From the NCBI GenBank assembly GCA_037138355.1, contig JBAXIL010000001.1, forward strand, positions 1 through 64,000: a DNA stretch of 64,000 nucleotides, read 5' to 3'. This DNA is from a bacterium. GTDB taxonomy: Bacteria > Oederibacteriota > PGYV01 > Palsa-1178. How positions within the stretch are numbered: the first letter of the stretch is position 1; the number at the start of each line of letters is the position of its first letter. The position numbers were made by a program, and so were the translations under genes. Positions 38,862 through 48,578 of this stretch are shown here, in pieces. Under the pieces are notes generated by a model that was given only the letters and a program-made list of their open reading frames with translations, had not been told where the DNA came from and did no database searches.

Positions 38862-41006
38862 ATGTTAAATATTTCAATGGGTTTAGAAACAGCACTGAGG
38901 TCGCTACTTGCAAATACTGCGGCACTAAATACGGCAAATACTAATGTGGCTAATGCAAACAATGCTGATTATTCGAAACAGGTAGCTAATATGTCAGCCA
39001 CATCGGCCTTAACGATTGCAGGACAGGCTGGACAGATAGGAACAGGCACGCTTCTGAGCAGTGTTCAAAGAATAAGAGATATTTATCTTGATAGGCAGAT
39101 AAGAACTGAGTGGATGAATTATGGAAAAGCTGAAATTACAGATAGAACTTATCAAAATATAATGGCTTTTATTCCTGAATTATCTGGAGTTCCTGCAAAT
39201 GGAATTGGAACAAAAATAGATCAATTTTTTACTGCCTGGACAAATGTTTCAACTCAGGCAGCGCTTGCAGCCGCAGGTTCAGCTAATACCTTGAGTGATG
39301 CTCTTAATACGGTTTATCAGCTTGCTGCAAGTTTAGCAGCTCAGCTTAATACTCAATCAAATGATTTAACAAATATACAGCTTGATTTAAATACGGAATT
39401 AGAATCAACTGTGCAAAGTGTTAATGCTCAGCTTCAAAATATTTATCAACTAAATAAATCTATCGTTTATCTTATGGGACAAGGACAGCAGCCTAATGAT
39501 TTGCTTGATAAGCGTGATGCTGCTATGGCAAAACTGGCTGAACTAATTAATTTTGATACGGCAAATAAAACGGATGGTTCTGTTACAATAATGTTAGGCG
39601 GAAGAACTCTTGTAAGTGGAGCAGATAGCTATAATCTATTAACTACTATGACTTCAGGAGTTATTACAAAGACTTCGCCTTTGACTTTTGGTGTAAGAGA
39701 TTCAAGGTTTGAATCTGTCGGTATAACAAACAGTAACGGTTCAAATGCTGTTCAGCTCGATAATTCTATTTTTACTGGTGGAAAGATTGCGGGTATATTA
39801 TATTCGCGAGATAATATTGTTCATGATTACAGTTCTCAGCTTGATTCGGTAGCCAATACCCTAATTACTATGGTAAATAACATATACAATGCTACCAAAA
39901 AATCTGGCACTACTGACAATGTTGACTTCTTTAGTGGCACTATGGCATCAAATATAGCTGTAAATCAGACAATTCAAAGTGGAAGTGATATATCTTATAC
40001 TATGTTTAAAGTGGGTGATATAGCAAAAATACTTGGACAATTAAGTAATAAATTGGTTTCTACTCGGGTAGTGTCAGAGACACTAAGCTTAACCTCTGCT
40101 TCAGCATTATCAGCTTTACCACTTCCAGCAGGAACTTCAGGGGAATTGATTATTAATGACACACATATAGCAGTAACTTCAACTATGACTATGGCTGACC
40201 TCATAAATGCAATAAACACGCATGCAACCGATTTTTCAGCGGTTTATAATGATGTGACTAAAACATTTTTTATGGTTTCTTCTAAACCATTAGTAATACA
40301 AGAGGTTGGTTTGGGCGGCAATTTTCTTCGTAACATGAAATTGATTGAGGAACAAATTAGTACTGCTTCAATTGTCTATAATGCTGATATGGCAAGTCAA
40401 ACATTAGACCTAAACGCAAGTTGGATATCCCAAAAATATACTTTTGATATTCCTGCTACAACAAGTGGTACAATTAACATAAGTTTGGGAGGTCAGACCT
40501 ATTCAATTGATTGGCTCAATAAGAATTCAATCTTGTTTACCAATTGGTCAATTTATGCACTTGATGGAAACTCCTCAGTCCCGCCTGGAATAAGTCAATA
40601 TAACTATTTTGCTGATGAGAAGTTCCATTTCGGTACAAGGGTTGGCAACGCTGGAGTCGCAAATGAAATTACCCCTTTTACAATGTATGATAAGTCAGGA
40701 AATCTTACACAGACGATGAAAATCATTGGAACTGTTAGCTTTAATCAATATTATAATTCCATTTCTAATGCTATATTTAGTGACGCAAGTAGCGCGGCTA
40801 CTATGGTGGCTTCTGATAAAAGCACTTTGGATCAACTTCAAGCAATGCAGGATACTATTACCAAGGTTGATGTAAATGCAGAACTGGCAAAAGCTAAATT
40901 ATATCAGCGTGCCTATGATGCCTCAGTTAAGTTTATGTCGGTAATTGATGAAATGTTAAATATGCTAATCAATAAAACTGGAACTTCATCAACATCTATT
41001 AGCTAA
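38862..41006 (+). CDS. flgK: Flagellar hook-associated protein FlgK
   Basis: NVANAN...YSKQ, GQIGTG, VQRIRDIYLD, PNDLLDKRD, GGKIAG and YQRAYDAS motifs. Confidence 0.92.
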   Translation: MLNISMGLETALRSLLANTAALNTANTNVANANNADYSKQVANMSATSALTIAGQAGQIGTGTLLSSVQRIRDIYLDRQIRTEWMNYGKAEITDRTYQNIMAFIPELSGVPANGIGTKIDQFFTAWTNVSTQAALAAAGSANTLSDALNTVYQLAASLAAQLNTQSNDLTNIQLDLNTELESTVQSVNAQLQNIYQLNKSIVYLMGQGQQPNDLLDKRDAAMAKLAELINFDTANKTDGSVTIMLGGRTLVSGADSYNLLTTMTSGVITKTSPLTFGVRDSRFESVGITNSNGSNAVQLDNSIFTGGKIAGILYSRDNIVHDYSSQLDSVANTLITMVNNIYNATKKSGTTDNVDFFSGTMASNIAVNQTIQSGSDISYTMFKVGDIAKILGQLSNKLVSTRVVSETLSLTSASALSALPLPAGTSGELIINDTHIAVTSTMTMADLINAINTHATDFSAVYNDVTKTFFMVSSKPLVIQEVGLGGNFLRNMKLIEEQISTASIVYNADMASQTLDLNASWISQKYTFDIPATTSGTINISLGGQTYSIDWLNKNSILFTNWSIYALDGNSSVPPGISQYNYFADEKFHFGTRVGNAGVANEITPFTMYDKSGNLTQTMKIIGTVSFNQYYNSISNAIFSDASSAATMVASDKSTLDQLQAMQDTITKVDVNAELAKAKLYQRAYDASVKFMSVIDEMLNMLINKTGTSSTSIS

Positions 41007-41019
41007 TTTAATAATTTTC

Positions 41020-41052
41020 AAAAAGGTCGGGTTAATAGCCCGACCTTTTTTT
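41020..41052 (+). terminator. Rho-independent terminator after flgK
   Basis: AAAAAGGTCGGG-ttaatag-CCCGACCTTTTTTT. Confidence 0.9.
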
Positions 41053-41071
41053 ATATATATTATATGCTTTA

Positions 41072-41100
41072 TTGACAAAAGGTTTATGCTGTATTATCAT
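41072..41100 (+). promoter_or_regulatory. Sigma-70 promoter of lnt (probably leaderless)
   Basis: TTGACA-N17-TATCAT; ATG at 41108. Confidence 0.7.
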
Positions 41101-41107
41101 TAAAAAT

Positions 41108-42631
41108 ATGAAAAAACATTCTCTATATATTTTTTTATCAGTTTTAACAGGCATATTGTTGGCTTTCAGTTTTCCTAACATTATTGAGAAAACTCTAAAT
41201 GTTCATACTTCTTTTTTTATGTGGTTTGCATTTGTCCCACTTTTGTACATTGTAATTAGTTCAGATAAAATTTCAAGCGTATTTATTTATAGTCTTTTGT
41301 CTACGAGTATATTTTATCTTAGTGCATTATATTGGATATGCTTCGTAGGTCCCATGGGGTATGGAGCATATTTAGCTTGGTTTTTGTTTTGTGTTTATCT
41401 TGCAATGATATATGCACTTTCTTTTGTTGTTATAAAATATTTAAATAATAAACTAAATATTGATTATATATTTTCTGTACCTGTTATATTGACTATTGCT
41501 GAGTATATAAGAGGATGGTTATTTACTGGTTGGCCTGGACTAACTCCAGCACAAAGTCAGCATCAGCTTATACCAGTTCTACAAATTTTGAGTATAACCG
41601 GTGTTTCTGGTCTGAACTTTATTGTCTTTTCAATAAATTGTATAATTGTTTCTATTATAGCTGGCTCTATCTATAGGTATAATAAATTAGAGAATATTGT
41701 TTGGATAATGATTTTTATTATGTTGTCTGGTTTCGCTGTGATATCTAACTATTATCAAAATACCGGAACTATAACAGTTAAAACGGCCATTATACAACCA
41801 AATATAGACCAAAATGTTAGGTGGACGACTAAATATCAAAAATATACTATGAATACAATGAAGGTCTTATACAAGAGTATTTCAATACTTAAGCCTAATA
41901 TTGTTGTTTGGCCGGAAACAGGTTATCCTGGCGTTCTCAATATGGAAGGTAATAAAAATCCTGAAATAGCATCATGGGTTAAGGGAGCTTTTTCGATAGT
42001 GGGTTCAGATAAAATATTGATTAAAAATAATATAACGGAATATTACAATGCGGCTTATATGTTAAATTCTAATGGTAAAATCATTGGAGATTATTCTAAA
42101 CATCACTTGGTACCTTTCGGGGAGTATATTCCTTTACAGGAAGTTATACCATTTGTCAAAAAGGTAGTACAGCGTTATGGTTATGTCGGTTTTTCAAGTG
42201 GGTCAACAATTGTTCCTTTAGATTATAAAGGAATAAAGATAGGTCCAATAATATGTTTTGATAGCTTTTTTCCAGAAATAAGTAGAGAGCATGCAAACAA
42301 AGGGGCAAAAATATTAGCTCATTTGTCCTATGAAACTTGGTATGGTGTTTCTCCAGCTTCCGCACAGGTTTTCACAAATGTTATTTTAAGAGCTGTTGAA
42401 AATAGAGTTTATGTAGTTAGATCTGTGGCCTCTGGAATATCAGGTATAGTTAATGATAAGGGAGAGGTTCTTGCAAGTACAAAGTTATTTGAAAAAAAAG
42501 CATTAGTTTGTGAATTGAAATTGAGCGATAATCAGTATAGAAGTTTCTATACGAAGCACGGCGATTGGCTGCCTTTATTTTTGATGATTATATTTTTGTT
42601 TATTATGGCTGCACGATTTATTAAAATATGA
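41108..42631 (+). CDS. lnt: Apolipoprotein N-acyltransferase
   Basis: GWLFTGWPG, IQPNI, VVWPET, KHHLVPFGEYIP, ICFD and RAVEN motifs. Confidence 0.95.
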   Translation: MKKHSLYIFLSVLTGILLAFSFPNIIEKTLNVHTSFFMWFAFVPLLYIVISSDKISSVFIYSLLSTSIFYLSALYWICFVGPMGYGAYLAWFLFCVYLAMIYALSFVVIKYLNNKLNIDYIFSVPVILTIAEYIRGWLFTGWPGLTPAQSQHQLIPVLQILSITGVSGLNFIVFSINCIIVSIIAGSIYRYNKLENIVWIMIFIMLSGFAVISNYYQNTGTITVKTAIIQPNIDQNVRWTTKYQKYTMNTMKVLYKSISILKPNIVVWPETGYPGVLNMEGNKNPEIASWVKGAFSIVGSDKILIKNNITEYYNAAYMLNSNGKIIGDYSKHHLVPFGEYIPLQEVIPFVKKVVQRYGYVGFSSGSTIVPLDYKGIKIGPIICFDSFFPEISREHANKGAKILAHLSYETWYGVSPASAQVFTNVILRAVENRVYVVRSVASGISGIVNDKGEVLASTKLFEKKALVCELKLSDNQYRSFYTKHGDWLPLFLMIIFLFIMAARFIKI

Positions 42632-43368
42632 ATATTATTATAAGTGACATAGATGGGACACTGCTTGGGGATAGGGTTGGTTTGGCTGACTTCAATCAAT
42701 ACATTGAAGGTATTAGAGATAAGGTATTTCTTGTTTATGCTACGGGTCGTAGTTACGGTGAATATCTAAATGCTTTGAAGGAAGAAGGACTTATTCTCCC
42801 AAATGCAGTTATAACTTCTACGGGAGCTGATATATACTTAAAAAATAAAGATACATATGAAATGGATAAAAAGTGGCATGAAATAATAGGATCTAATGCA
42901 TGGAATGTTGATTTAGTAAGGAATTTGTTAGATAAGCTACCAGAGCTGATAAGCCAGACTGCCAAAAATGATTATAAAGCGTCATATTATTTGAATAATA
43001 AACATTTAAAAACGCTTGAAATTAAAGTGATAGAGTTAATTAAAAGTATAGGCATTAAAGCCAAAGTGATATCAAGTCATGGAATTTATCTTGATATACT
43101 TCCTGAGAACTGTGATAAAGGGGAAGCAGCAGTGTATTTAGTTAAGAAGCTTAAGATGTCTCATAGTGATGTTATTGTGGCTGGTGATTCAGAAAATGAT
43201 GTGGACCTTTTTAGAAAATTCAAGCATGGAATCATAGTGGGGAATGCCCACCTTGCTATGAAAGAACTATTGAAAGGAAATGATTATTATGAGGCAACTG
43301 CTCACGCAGCTGCAGGATTATTGGAAGGCCTCAGATATTATGCAGGTAAAAACATATTTAAAATATAG
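42628..43368 (+). CDS. HAD-IIB hydrolase, sucrose-phosphate-phosphatase-like
   Basis: SDIDGTL, YATGRS, LDILP...DKGEA and AGDSEND motifs. Confidence 0.85.
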   Translation: MNIIISDIDGTLLGDRVGLADFNQYIEGIRDKVFLVYATGRSYGEYLNALKEEGLILPNAVITSTGADIYLKNKDTYEMDKKWHEIIGSNAWNVDLVRNLLDKLPELISQTAKNDYKASYYLNNKHLKTLEIKVIELIKSIGIKAKVISSHGIYLDILPENCDKGEAAVYLVKKLKMSHSDVIVAGDSENDVDLFRKFKHGIIVGNAHLAMKELLKGNDYYEATAHAAAGLLEGLRYYAGKNIFKI

Positions 43369-43398
43369 ACTGTTTGTTAACGATCGGAGAGCTTTACC

Positions 43399-44175
43399 TT
43401 GAAAAAAAAATATTATGTTGTAATTTCTAATGATGATGGGATACAATCAGACGGATTAAAAGCTGTACATGAAGCATTGAAACCTATTGCAGATGTGATA
43501 ATCTCGGCACCAGATATACAAAGAAGTGGAGCCTCTCATTCTATCTCTTGCATTAATCCAATAAAAGTAAGAAATATTCATTATAATGGATCTCGAGCTC
43601 ATGCGGTCTCGGGAACGCCAGCAGATTGTGCTAAACTTGCATTGTTAAGCTTAGCAAGAAGAAAACCAGATTTGCTAATTTCTGGCATCAATCATGGACC
43701 AAATATAGCACAGTTTATACTCTATTCAGGGACTGTTGGAGCAGCAGCTGAAGCGGCTATATTAGGAATTCCTGCAATTGCTTTTTCTATAGATTCTTAT
43801 GAGCCAAAGGATTTCGTTTTTGCTGTTAAATATATCAGGCAAATAGCTTTAAAAGTATTAAAAGGCAAAATTAAAATAAAAAAACACACTATGCTTAACA
43901 TAAACTTTCCAGACAGAAAAGAAGGAGATATCAAAGGAGTTAAGATCCTACCAAAAGGTTTAAATGAATATGCAGAGAAATATGTGAAAAAAATAGGAAA
44001 AAAAGGTCAAGATTCATATTATTGGCATATTTTAGGTAAAAAAATCAAAAGAAAAAAACAATTAACTGATGCAGATGGGGTAGAAGCAGGATATATCACT
44101 ATTACACCGTTATATTTTGATTTAAATGATGCAGATGCCATAATTAAGCTAAAACAAAAGGACTTTATAATATAA
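43399..44175 (+). CDS. surE: 5'/3'-nucleotidase SurE
   Basis: SNDDG, SGTPADC, SGINHG and YSGTVGAA motifs. Confidence 0.96.
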   Translation: MKKKYYVVISNDDGIQSDGLKAVHEALKPIADVIISAPDIQRSGASHSISCINPIKVRNIHYNGSRAHAVSGTPADCAKLALLSLARRKPDLLISGINHGPNIAQFILYSGTVGAAAEAAILGIPAIAFSIDSYEPKDFVFAVKYIRQIALKVLKGKIKIKKHTMLNINFPDRKEGDIKGVKILPKGLNEYAEKYVKKIGKKGQDSYYWHILGKKIKRKKQLTDADGVEAGYITITPLYFDLNDADAIIKLKQKDFII

Positions 44176-44202
44176 AAAAAGCGCGAATAAATCGCGCTTT
44201 TT
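44174..44202. terminator. Bidirectional terminator between convergent surE and the spy-like gene
   Basis: A7-GCGCGA-ataaa-TCGCGC-T5. Confidence 0.85.
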
Positions 44203-44222
44203 AAATTTATAAATTGATTTGT

Positions 44223-44699
44223 TTATTTTTTGTTTTTGTCTAATATCTTTCTTTGTATTTTATCTTTGTGCTTTTCCAATAATGAAACCATTTTATTGAA
44301 TTGTTCGTCGGTCAGAATCTCTTTAACCTTGAACATGTGTTCAGTTCTTGTCTTAATTAATTTTCTTTCTATATTTGCCATTTTGTCAGTGAGAGCATTT
44401 ATTTTGTCTCTGTTCGTGGGATTATTTTTAAACTCATCTTGAATGTCCCAAACTGTTGTTTTTAGTTCGTTTCTCATGGAAAATATTTCGCGCTTTGAAG
44501 AGTCTTTCAAGGATTGAAGCTGTTCTTCTTGAGCAGGAGAGAGCTTAAGCTCGTCTACTATCTTCAGAACCCCTCCAATAATCATTCCTGGACCTATTCC
44601 ATCATCCCCATCTGGGCCTGGTCCTTCTGCTGCGAAAATGAAAGGTATTGCAGTAAATATTAAGGCAAGTACAAAAATTATGCTTTTTCTCATTACCAT
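44223..44699 (-). CDS. Spy/CpxP family periplasmic chaperone
   Basis: Signal peptide; LKLSPAQ and ILTDEQ (LTxxQ) motifs. Confidence 0.85.
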   Translation of the reverse strand: MVMRKSIIFVLALIFTAIPFIFAAEGPGPDGDDGIGPGMIIGGVLKIVDELKLSPAQEEQLQSLKDSSKREIFSMRNELKTTVWDIQDEFKNNPTNRDKINALTDKMANIERKLIKTRTEHMFKVKEILTDEQFNKMVSLLEKHKDKIQRKILDKNKK

Positions 44700-44761
44700 A
44701 CCTCCTTAAGTTATTTTGTTTGCTTTATTAAATAATAAAAGACTAAAGTCACAAAAATTAT

Positions 44762-45202
44762 TTAAAATACTTCTGTGTTATATTCGTTGTCATATATGTA
44801 TGAAACCTCTTCTATGTCTGAAGTCTCATACAGTGCAGTTTCTGCAATATTATAGTCATCAATAAGAATATTAGATAATTTTGTTTTCTTTTCCAAATTA
44901 GGATAAAGGAAAACTCCAACAAGCAGTAGCACTGCTGTAGCCATGGCAAATGCTGGTTTAAATATCAAGGTAAACAAAGTTTGTCTTTTTTGATTCACAA
45001 TTCTTTTAATGTTGGTTAAAACAGAAAGAGAAGGCTCTCTCAATGTGACTTTAAATAAAGTACTCAATTTGACAAGTTTTTTTAGTTCTGATTCACAAGC
45101 TTTACAAGTTTTTAAGTGATTTTCTATTGTCTTAGTGGTAACAGCGTCTAATTCGGTTCTTTTAAAGTCGTACAATAGGGAACTTACTTTAGCACATTTC
45201 AT
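44762..45202 (-). CDS. Zinc-finger (zf-HC2) transmembrane anti-sigma factor
   Basis: HLKTCKAC motif, one TM helix; overlaps the end of the ECF sigma gene. Confidence 0.88.
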   Translation of the reverse strand: MKCAKVSSLLYDFKRTELDAVTTKTIENHLKTCKACESELKKLVKLSTLFKVTLREPSLSVLTNIKRIVNQKRQTLFTLIFKPAFAMATAVLLLVGVFLYPNLEKKTKLSNILIDDYNIAETALYETSDIEEVSYIYDNEYNTEVF

Positions 45203-45675
45203 AATAAAGCCTCCTTCGCGGCATACTCTTTAAGTTTGGCTATGCCACGGTTTATACGGGATTTAACTGTCCCTAAGTTTATATTCATTATCTTTGATAT
45301 TTCTTTATATGAAAACCCGCCTATTTCTGCAAGAAGAATCGGGGCTTTAAGCTCTGGACTCAATTTTTCAAGTAGGCTATCAAGCAGGGAAATGCTTGAA
45401 TCGGTCTTTTTTTGTTCGGGTTGTTCTATCAGCTCTAATTTGTTGCTATGTAGGTTCTGTGATCTTATATAGTCAATGGTTTTATTGACTGTCATTCTGT
45501 AAAGATAAGTCTTTATATCAGCATCTCCTCTAAAATAATTGTAACCCTCAAATAATTTTATGAACACATTTTGCATAATATCCTCTGCTTCGTCACGACT
45601 CCTAAGCATTCCGAGCGCCACATTATATACATATTTGGAGTTTTCCTTGTATACTTTCTCAAACCTGTGGTCCAT
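45199..45675 (-). CDS. ECF RNA polymerase sigma factor
   Basis: AEDIMQNVF, TYLYRMTVN and SYKEIS...GTVKSRINR motifs. Confidence 0.95.
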   Translation of the reverse strand: MDHRFEKVYKENSKYVYNVALGMLRSRDEAEDIMQNVFIKLFEGYNYFRGDADIKTYLYRMTVNKTIDYIRSQNLHSNKLELIEQPEQKKTDSSISLLDSLLEKLSPELKAPILLAEIGGFSYKEISKIMNINLGTVKSRINRGIAKLKEYAAKEALL

Positions 45676-45702
45676 AGCGCTCCTTTTTCTAATTACAACA
45701 AT

Positions 45703-45730
45703 TAGACGATTTGAAATGCTTATTTGTTCA
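45703..45730 (-). promoter_or_regulatory. Candidate autoregulatory ECF promoter
   Basis: The minus strand reads TGAAC-N17-CGTCTA just upstream of the AAGGAG RBS of the ECF gene. Confidence 0.65.
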
Positions 45731-45751
45731 ATTAATTATATCACATAAGAC

Positions 45752-45780
45752 TTGAGTTTAATTACAGTTAAAGGTAAAAT
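45752..45780 (+). promoter_or_regulatory. Candidate sigma-70 promoter
   Basis: TTGAGT-N17-TAAAAT. Confidence 0.5.
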
Positions 45781-45840
45781 CATGTAAACGAAGATAATTT
45801 GGTTGTAAAGTTTGATAATTGAACAAAATGGAGAATTATA

Positions 45841-46575
45841 TTGTCTCAAAATTACTCAATATATTGGCCTTTTGGAGCAAAAGCTGCTGTTTCATTGACA
45901 TACGATGATGGTCTTGAGTCGCAGTTAAGTCAGGCTGTACCTCAACTTGCTAAGTATGGGATAAAAGGAACTTTTTTCCCTTCAACTTGGGGACTGGCAA
46001 ATCCCCAAAATACTAAGTTCTGGACCGACTTGGTAAAGGCAGGCCATGAAATAGGTTGTCATACACTTAATCATCCTTGTAGTAATTCTTTTGAATTTAC
46101 AAAACGGGGTTATACTCTCCAAGAATATACATTGGATAGAATTAATGAAGAGATAGATGCAAATATACAGCTAATAAAAAGTTTCGGTTACAACAATAAG
46201 GAACTTGTTTTTGCTTATCCATGCGGTCAGACGGCGGTTGGGGCAAATCTTGATATAAGTTATAAGCCGATTATTGCGAATAAGTTTACTGCGGCAAGAG
46301 GCACAAAAAGAGGTTATGCTTTTCCTGATAAGCTACAGCTTAATGAAATTCCATGTTTTGGTGTTGAAGAGGACGGGGAGGGTCTTATAAATATTGCAAA
46401 AGAGGCAATTAGAACTAATACATGGGCTGTGATTTTGTTTCATGGTGTAGGTGGAGATTATATATCGGTAACAGCTCAGGCACATAAAGAATTACTTGAG
46501 TATTTAAAAGATAATAATGATATTTGGACAGCAAGGTTTGGAGATATAGCAAAATATATTATAAAACAACTATAG
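45841..46575 (+). CDS. Polysaccharide deacetylase (CE4/NodB) family protein
   Basis: SLTYDDG, GHEIGCHTLNHP, FAYPCG and ILFHG motifs. Confidence 0.9.
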   Translation: MSQNYSIYWPFGAKAAVSLTYDDGLESQLSQAVPQLAKYGIKGTFFPSTWGLANPQNTKFWTDLVKAGHEIGCHTLNHPCSNSFEFTKRGYTLQEYTLDRINEEIDANIQLIKSFGYNNKELVFAYPCGQTAVGANLDISYKPIIANKFTAARGTKRGYAFPDKLQLNEIPCFGVEEDGEGLINIAKEAIRTNTWAVILFHGVGGDYISVTAQAHKELLEYLKDNNDIWTARFGDIAKYIIKQL

Positions 46576-46600
46576 CTGTGTTTAGTTTAAATCTCTTTTC

Positions 46601-46629
46601 TTGCGAAACCTCACATACTATGATATTAT
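46601..46629 (+). promoter_or_regulatory. Candidate sigma-70 promoter of acpS (probably leaderless)
   Basis: TTGCGA-N17-TATTAT with TG extension; ATG at 46637. Confidence 0.55.
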
Positions 46630-46636
46630 TACAATT

Positions 46637-47002
46637 ATGATAAAAGGAATAGGCGTAGATATTTGCGATATAAAAAGGCTAAAGACCGCGATTAAAAAAA
46701 ATAAAAGGTTTTTAAAGCGCGTTTATAGCGATAGGGAAATACAGTATTGCTCAGGTAAGAAAAATTCTATACTTAATTTTGCTGGCAGGTTTGCTGTTAA
46801 AGAGGCATTCATAAAAGCTGTCTCTACAGACAAGTCAATTAGCCTAAATGAAATTGAGGTTGTGAATAATAATCATGGAAAACCTGAAATCGTTTTAAAC
46901 CTTGCTATTAAAACGATATTAAAAAAGAAGAAAGCTAAAAACTTAAGCATCAGTATTTCTCATACACATAATGCCGCAGTTGCGGTATGTATATTAACTT
47001 AA
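46637..47002 (+). CDS. acpS: Holo-ACP synthase
   Basis: MIKGIGVDI, AGRFAVKEA, GKP and SISH motifs. Confidence 0.96.
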   Translation: MIKGIGVDICDIKRLKTAIKKNKRFLKRVYSDREIQYCSGKKNSILNFAGRFAVKEAFIKAVSTDKSISLNEIEVVNNNHGKPEIVLNLAIKTILKKKKAKNLSISISHTHNAAVAVCILT

Positions 47003-47021
47003 TTCAATTTGGAGGGTATAT

Positions 47022-48578
47022 ATGTATTTAGTAAACTCATCTGAAATGAAAGAAATAGATAGACTTACTGTAGAGAAGTATTCTCTTCCTGCCATAATAC
47101 TCATGGAGAATGCTGGGATTAATGTTGTTGACGCATTAAGTAATGAACTTGGCAGACTTCTTTTTCGTCGTGTAAATGTATTTTGTGGAGGAGGAAATAA
47201 TGGTGGTGATGGTTTCGTAGTTGCCAGACATTTGAAAACAGAAGGTGCTTATGTAAAGGTTTTTTTTACTGGGGATTTGGCTTCATTAAAAGATGAATCA
47301 AAAATTAATTATAATGCTGCTTTGAAATATGGCGTTGAGATAATACATTTGAAATCTGCTGAGGACATAAGAAAACATGAAAGTAGTATTTTAGGTTGTG
47401 AGATCGTTATTGATGCACTTATCGGTACAGGATTAAAGCAAGATATAGCCGGCTTTATGGCTCAGTTAGTTGTTTATATAAATATGATGGGAAAATACAC
47501 AGTCTCAGTTGATATTCCTTCAGGTGTTGATGCTGATACTGGTGACATAAAGGGCATAGGCGTTTACGCCAACTTAACAATAACTTTTGGTCTCCCAAAG
47601 ATAGGAATTGCTATATATCCAGGTCTTGAGTATGTAGGAAAACTTGTGGTCGCTGATATTAATATACCTTCGCAATTATTAGCTATCCCACGACAGAATG
47701 TTTTAATGACAAAAGAATTAGTTGTTCCTATGATGCCTTATAGACAGCCAAATGCTAATAAAGGAAACTTCGGCCCTTTACTAATTATTGGAGGGTCTCC
47801 TGGCATGACAGGCGCCGTAGTCCTTGCTGCCAAGGCTGCATTGAAGTCAGGTGCTGGTATAGTAACAGTGGCAGTGTCGCAGTCGCTTACTGCAAGTATT
47901 AAATCAAGAACTGACGAAGTTATTGTAGCAGCTGTGAAAGAAACTAAAGATGGTTTTATAAGCGAGGATGCATACGCTCATATAATGGAACTTGTAGGGC
48001 AGTCAAAAGTTGTTGTAATAGGTCCTGGAATGGGCAGGGATAAGGGAACGCAAGCACTTATTAGAAAATTAATAAATGATATAAAAAAACCATTAGTCAT
48101 TGATGCGGATGCTTTGAATGCCATGGAAAATGATAAAACATGCTTGAAAAACATTGACAAAGATGTTATATTAACTCCACATATAGGAGAAATGTCAAGA
48201 CTGACAGGACTTAAGATTGAAGATATAATTAAGGATAAAATAGGAGTTTTGAGATCTTTTATAAGCACCTATAAGGTCAATGTTTTACTAAAAGATGGCA
48301 GATCTATGCTGGCGGATTCGGAAAAAAATATTTATATAAATACCACAGGCAACTCTGGTATGGCAACACCTGGAAGTGGAGATGTGTTATCAGGAATTAT
48401 AGCAGCTTTTATGGCGCATAGTATGCTCTCTGCGCAGGCTGGAATTGTGGCTAATTATACACATGGTTTGGCAGGAGATATGCTTTTATCAGAAATTAGT
48501 GGTGAAGGAATTACAGCAGAAGATATAATTAATAATGTGCCAAAAGCAATTAAGGCACTTAAAAAACAGGAGGCTTAA
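47022..48578 (+). CDS. nnr: Bifunctional NAD(P)H-hydrate epimerase/dehydratase
   Basis: LMENAG, GGNNGGDG, DIPSG, VIDADAL, LTPHIGEM and GSGDVLSG motifs. Confidence 0.95.
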   Translation: MYLVNSSEMKEIDRLTVEKYSLPAIILMENAGINVVDALSNELGRLLFRRVNVFCGGGNNGGDGFVVARHLKTEGAYVKVFFTGDLASLKDESKINYNAALKYGVEIIHLKSAEDIRKHESSILGCEIVIDALIGTGLKQDIAGFMAQLVVYINMMGKYTVSVDIPSGVDADTGDIKGIGVYANLTITFGLPKIGIAIYPGLEYVGKLVVADINIPSQLLAIPRQNVLMTKELVVPMMPYRQPNANKGNFGPLLIIGGSPGMTGAVVLAAKAALKSGAGIVTVAVSQSLTASIKSRTDEVIVAAVKETKDGFISEDAYAHIMELVGQSKVVVIGPGMGRDKGTQALIRKLINDIKKPLVIDADALNAMENDKTCLKNIDKDVILTPHIGEMSRLTGLKIEDIIKDKIGVLRSFISTYKVNVLLKDGRSMLADSEKNIYINTTGNSGMATPGSGDVLSGIIAAFMAHSMLSAQAGIVANYTHGLAGDMLLSEISGEGITAEDIINNVPKAIKALKKQEA

